Shown here: positions 60,270 to 64,000 of the stretch, one piece after another
Layout: each line of letters opens with the position of its first letter
How positions within the stretch are numbered: position 1 is the stretch's first letter
DNA from: Longimicrobiales bacterium
Lineage (GTDB): Bacteria > Gemmatimonadota > Gemmatimonadetes > Longimicrobiales > Gaopeijiaceae
Direction of reading: 5' to 3'
Length of the DNA stretch: 64,000 nucleotides
Assembly (NCBI GenBank): GCA_965202805.1
Contig: OZ241869.1
Coordinates: 832,001 to 896,000, forward strand
Made by a program: the position numbers and the translations under genes
Notes under the pieces: generated by a model
What the model was told of the DNA's origin: nothing
The model's input: only the letters and a program-made list of their open reading frames with translations
Database searches by the model: none

Positions 60270-61945
60270 GCGAGAATCACGCGGACCGGACACGCTACGT
60301 CTTCGTCACCGGGGGTGTGGTGTCCTCGCTGGGGAAGGGCATCGCCGCCGCTTCCCTCGGACACATCCTGAAGGCCCGGGGGTTCAGGGTCACCATTCAG
60401 AAATTCGACCCCTACATCAACGTCGATCCGGGCACGCTCTCGCCCTTCCAGCACGGTGAAGTCTTCGTGACCGACGACGGCGCGGAGACCGACCTGGACC
60501 TGGGCCACTACGAGCGCTTCATCGACGAGTCGCTGTCGCAGGCCAACAACGTCACCACGGGCGGCATCTACCAGTCCGTGATCAACAAGGAACGCAAGGG
60601 CGACTACCTGGGCTCGACCGTGCAGGTCATCCCGCACATCACCGACGAGATCAAGGACGCCATCCGCCGCCTGGCGCCCGAGAACGACGTCATCATCACC
60701 GAAATCGGGGGGACGGTGGGCGACATCGAGAGCCTGCCCTTCCTGGAGGCCATCCGGCAGTTCCGCCTGGAGATGGGACGCCCGTACGTCGCGGTGATCC
60801 ACCTCACCCTGGTGCCCTACCTGGCGGCGGCCGGAGAGCTCAAGACCAAACCGACCCAGCACTCGGTGCGGGAGCTCATGCAGATCGGTATTCCCCCGGA
60901 CATCGTGATGTGCCGCAGCGAGCGGTCGCTGGACGAAGGCACCCGACGCAAGATCGCGCTCTTCACCAACGTCCATCCGGACGCGGTGGTGGAGGCCCTG
61001 GACCAGGAGACGATCTACGAGGTCCCCCTCGAGCTGCACCGGCAGGGTCTGGACGAGGTGGTTCTGGAGCGGCTCGAGCTCCAGGCCCCCACGACCGACC
61101 TCAAGCGGTGGAGGGATGTGGTGGAGCGCATCAAGCGGCCCTCCCGCGGCAAGATCCGCATCGCCATCGTAGGCAAGTACACCGAGCTGGTGGACTCCTA
61201 CAAGTCGATCGAACAGGCGCTCATCCACGGCGGCGTCGAACACGACGTGGGCGTGGAGCTGGACTGGATCTCCAGCGAACGCTACGAGGGCGACCACGAC
61301 CCCGCGGAACTGGAGGACTACGACGGGCTCCTGGTCCCCGGCGGCTTCGGAGAGCGGGGCGTTCAGGGGATGCTCAACGCCATCGGCTGGGCGCGTGAGA
61401 GCGGACTGCCGTTCTTCGGCATCTGCCTCGGGCTCCAGTGCGCGGTCATCGAGTTCTCCCGCACCGTCTGCGGGCTCGAGGACGCCAACTCCTTTGAGTT
61501 CGACCGGGCAACGCCCCATCCGGTCATCTGCCTGATGGACTCGCAGGCCAACGTCACCCGCAAGGGCGGAACCATGCGGCTGGGGCACTGGCCCTGCCGG
61601 CTGCTCCCCGGCTCTCACGCGGAGCGGATCTACGGCCGCGCGCTCGTCCAGGAACGGCACCGGCACCGCTACGAGGTGAACAACGCCTACCGGGATCTCC
61701 TCTCCAGGGAAGGGCTGGCGTTCACCGGGCTCTCGCCCGACCGCACCCTGGTCGAGATGATCGAGCTTCCCGGGCACCCCTGGTTCGTCGGCTGCCAGTT
61801 CCACCCGGAGTTCCTGAGCCGCCCGACGCACGCCCATCCGCTCTTCGCCTCGTTCGTCGAGGCGGCCATCCGTCACGCGGGCATCGCCCCCGTGTCCGGG
61901 CGTAGCGTGTCCGGGAGCACGGTGACCGGGAGCGTGGCGCGCTGA
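60266..61945 (+). CDS. pyrG: CTP synthase
   Basis: '[11 protein letters not shown]', 'GGTVGDIES', 'KTKPTQHSV', 'GICLG', 'RHRHRYE', 'QFHPE'. ATG at 60266. Confidence 0.98.
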   Translation: MSENHADRTRYVFVTGGVVSSLGKGIAAASLGHILKARGFRVTIQKFDPYINVDPGTLSPFQHGEVFVTDDGAETDLDLGHYERFIDESLSQANNVTTGGIYQSVINKERKGDYLGSTVQVIPHITDEIKDAIRRLAPENDVIITEIGGTVGDIESLPFLEAIRQFRLEMGRPYVAVIHLTLVPYLAAAGELKTKPTQHSVRELMQIGIPPDIVMCRSERSLDEGTRRKIALFTNVHPDAVVEALDQETIYEVPLELHRQGLDEVVLERLELQAPTTDLKRWRDVVERIKRPSRGKIRIAIVGKYTELVDSYKSIEQALIHGGVEHDVGVELDWISSERYEGDHDPAELEDYDGLLVPGGFGERGVQGMLNAIGWARESGLPFFGICLGLQCAVIEFSRTVCGLEDANSFEFDRATPHPVICLMDSQANVTRKGGTMRLGHWPCRLLPGSHAERIYGRALVQERHRHRYEVNNAYRDLLSREGLAFTGLSPDRTLVEMIELPGHPWFVGCQFHPEFLSRPTHAHPLFASFVEAAIRHAGIAPVSGRSVSGSTVTGSVAR

Positions 61946-61957
61946 AGGACGCCAGCG

Positions 61958-62740
61958 GTGTTTGAGAACTTCTTCCTCATCGCCGGCCCCTGCGTGCTCG
62001 AAGGCGACGACGTGAACCTCAGGGTGGGGGAGGAGCTGGCATCCCTCTCCGCCCGGCATCGGCTGCCGGTGCTCTTCAAGTCCTCCTTCGACAAGGCCAA
62101 CCGCTCCAAGCTGGCTTCGGCGCGGGGACCGGGGCTGGAGGAGGGCCTGCGGGCGCTGGAGCGGGTCAGGGCAGGCTGCGGCCTCCCGGTGCTCACCGAC
62201 ATTCATGAACCGGGACAGGCGGCGCCGGCCGCGGAAGTCGCCGATGTGCTTCAGATCCCGGCCTTCCTCTGCCGGCAGACGGACCTGCTGACCGCCGCCG
62301 GGCACACCGGCTCGGCGATCAACATCAAGAAGGGGCAGTGGATGTCTCCCGAGCAGATGGCGCACGCCGTGCACAAGGCGCGCGCCGCGGGGGCCGGGGA
62401 GGTCGCCGTCACCGAGCGGGGCACCTTCTTCGGCTACGGCGACCAGATCGTGGACATGCGCTCCTTCGCCCGGGTGCGAAGCGCCTGCGGCGCCCCGGTC
62501 GTATTCGACGGCACCCACTCCGTGCAGCGCCAGGGACGCGCCGGCGGGAGCACGGGGGGCAACCCCGAGTTCATCGCGTGCCTGGTGCGGGCGGCCGTCG
62601 CCGCCGGCTGCGACGGGCTCTTCCTCGAGGTGCATCCGGCTCCCGCCACCGCTCCGTCGGACTCCTCGAACATGCTCGACCTCGAGGCGCTTGCTCCCCT
62701 CGTGGAAGACGTGCTCGCCATCCGCCGGGCCCTCTCATGA
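61958..62740 (+). CDS. kdsA: KDO-8-phosphate synthase
   Basis: 'IAGPCVLE', 'FDKANRS', 'PAFLCRQTD', 'NIKKGQW', 'DGTHSVQ'. Confidence 0.96.
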   Translation: MFENFFLIAGPCVLEGDDVNLRVGEELASLSARHRLPVLFKSSFDKANRSKLASARGPGLEEGLRALERVRAGCGLPVLTDIHEPGQAAPAAEVADVLQIPAFLCRQTDLLTAAGHTGSAINIKKGQWMSPEQMAHAVHKARAAGAGEVAVTERGTFFGYGDQIVDMRSFARVRSACGAPVVFDGTHSVQRQGRAGGSTGGNPEFIACLVRAAVAAGCDGLFLEVHPAPATAPSDSSNMLDLEALAPLVEDVLAIRRALS

Positions 62741-63339
62741 CGGGACCAGGCTGCGAATTTCCCCTCGAGGCCGCGCGCCGCGTCAGGCTCGTCATCTTCG
62801 ACGTCGACGGGGTGCTCACCGACTCCGGCGTATACATGGGCGAGCTGCCGGACGGGTCGCCGGTGGAGCTCAAGCGCTTCGACATCCAGGACGGCCTGGC
62901 GATCAAGCTCCTCGTGGGAACCGGGATGCCTGTGGCGCTGGTGTCGGGCCGGGTGTCGGCGGCGACCGCGCTGCGCGCCCGGGAACTCGGCGTGGAGGAG
63001 TGCCATCAGGTGCCCGGCGCGATGAAGATGCCCGTGGTACGAAACTTGCTGGCCCGCAACGGGGTTTCATGGAGCGAAGTCGCCATGCTTGCGGACGACC
63101 TGCCCGACCTTCCGGTCTTTCGGCGTGTCGGGCTGCCGGTGGCGGTCGGGAACGCCACCCCGGAGCTGGTGCGGGACGCGGTCTGGCAGACGCGGGCGCA
63201 GGGGGGCAGGGGAGCTGTTCGGGAATTCGTGCGCGCCCTGCTGATCGCCCGCGGCGAATGGGAAAACGTGGTCCAGGGTTATTGCGATGCAAGGAGCGAT
63301 GACGTCGCCGCCGAAGACACGCGCGGCCGGAAGGGCTGA
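62737..63339 (+). CDS. kdsC: KDO-8-phosphate phosphatase (HAD family)
   Basis: 'FDVDGVLTD', 'FDIQDG', 'DDLPD', 'GGRGAVRE'. Confidence 0.93.
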   Translation: MTGPGCEFPLEAARRVRLVIFDVDGVLTDSGVYMGELPDGSPVELKRFDIQDGLAIKLLVGTGMPVALVSGRVSAATALRARELGVEECHQVPGAMKMPVVRNLLARNGVSWSEVAMLADDLPDLPVFRRVGLPVAVGNATPELVRDAVWQTRAQGGRGAVREFVRALLIARGEWENVVQGYCDARSDDVAAEDTRGRKG

Positions 63340-64000
63340 CGCGGGCGGGACCCGTACGCGCTCGCCGGCTTCTCCGCCAGGAGACCCCGACGCAGCCCTC
63401 TCGGCCATCGCCGAAGCGGCCCGGGTGCTGCGCGCAGAGGGCGGCGCGCTCCTCCACCTGGCAGACCGCATCGACCAGACCTTCGTCGAGGCGGTCGAAA
63501 CCGTTCTGGCCGCCTCCGGCCGGATCATCGTCTCGGGGGTCGGCAAGAGCGGAATCGTCGCGCGCAAGATCGCGGCCACGCTGACCTCGACCGGCACCAC
63601 CGCCTTCTTCCTGCACCCGGTGGAGGGGCTTCACGGGGACCTGGGCATCGTCTCGCGCGAGGACGTCGCGATCCTGGTCTCCAAGAGCGGTGACACCGGG
63701 GAACTCGCCGAACTCGCCGGGTACCTGCTGCGCTACGGGGTGCCCATCGTGCTGATGACCGGCAATCCGCGCTCGCCGCTGGCCCGGCACGCGAGCGCGG
63801 TCCTCGACTGCTCGGTGGCCGGGGAAGCCTGCCCGCTGGACCTGGCCCCCACCACCTCCACCACCGCCGCCATGGCAATGGGCGACGCGCTGGCGATCGT
63901 CCTGCTGCGGCGCCGGGGCTTCGAACCCGCCGACTTCGCCCGCCTGCATCCGGGCGGCGCGCTCGGGCGCAGGCTCACGCTTCTGGTCGACGACGTGATG
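63299..64000 (+). CDS. kdsD: Arabinose-5-phosphate isomerase KdsD/GutQ (truncated by the window end; absent from the ORF track)
   Basis: Manual translation from ATG 63299 gives 'GRIIVSGVGKSGIVARKIAATLTSTG', 'HPVEGLHGDLG', 'EACPLDLAPTTST', 'LHPGGALG'. Start codon uncertain. Confidence 0.93.
   Translation, partial: MTSPPKTRAAGRADAGGTRTRSPASPPGDPDAALSAIAEAARVLRAEGGALLHLADRIDQTFVEAVETVLAASGRIIVSGVGKSGIVARKIAATLTSTGTTAFFLHPVEGLHGDLGIVSREDVAILVSKSGDTGELAELAGYLLRYGVPIVLMTGNPRSPLARHASAVLDCSVAGEACPLDLAPTTSTTAAMAMGDALAIVLLRRRGFEPADFARLHPGGALGRRLTLLVDDVM

Overview
High-GC bacterial chromosome segment, almost entirely housekeeping genes on the + strand. Gene order and protein style suggest Gemmatimonadota, possibly a marine or host-associated lineage (inference only). 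In order: the end of an envelope-type cluster (DUF4175-like coiled-coil protein, TPR protein, exported GATase-like protein); a JAB/RadC-DinG helicase fusion; FAH-family hydrolase; a TonB/TolA-like orphan; valS; an Ig-like lipoprotein; selA; an A-type Fe-S carrier; an MBL hydrolase; purN-purH; a lower-GC islet with a truncated transposase N-terminus; a complete nuoA-N operon; PMM/PGM; UPF0182; sucCD-ndk; yceD-rpmF-plsX-fabHDG-acpP-fabF-ispF-dedA-xerD; S41 protease; fused glutamine-dependent nadE; a Zn-ribbon membrane orphan; trpG/pabA; a BNR/VPS10 protein; an NHL-like lipoprotein; and kdsB-pyrG-kdsA-kdsC-kdsD (kdsD runs off the edge). I recognised no rRNA, tRNA or CRISPR array. Best leads: (1) a transposase-derived small DNA-binding ORF that keeps its RBS, three upstream repeats and a downstream hairpin, divergent from nuo; (2) a lipoprotein with 22 Bacteroidota-type D-S/T-x O-glycosylation sequons, partly built by tandem repeats; (3) the JAB-DinG fusion with a Cys-to-Ser change at an Fe-S ligand position; (4) an orphan TonB/TolA-like protein with an unrecognised C-terminal domain. 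Family assignments come from motifs read by eye, not from database searches.
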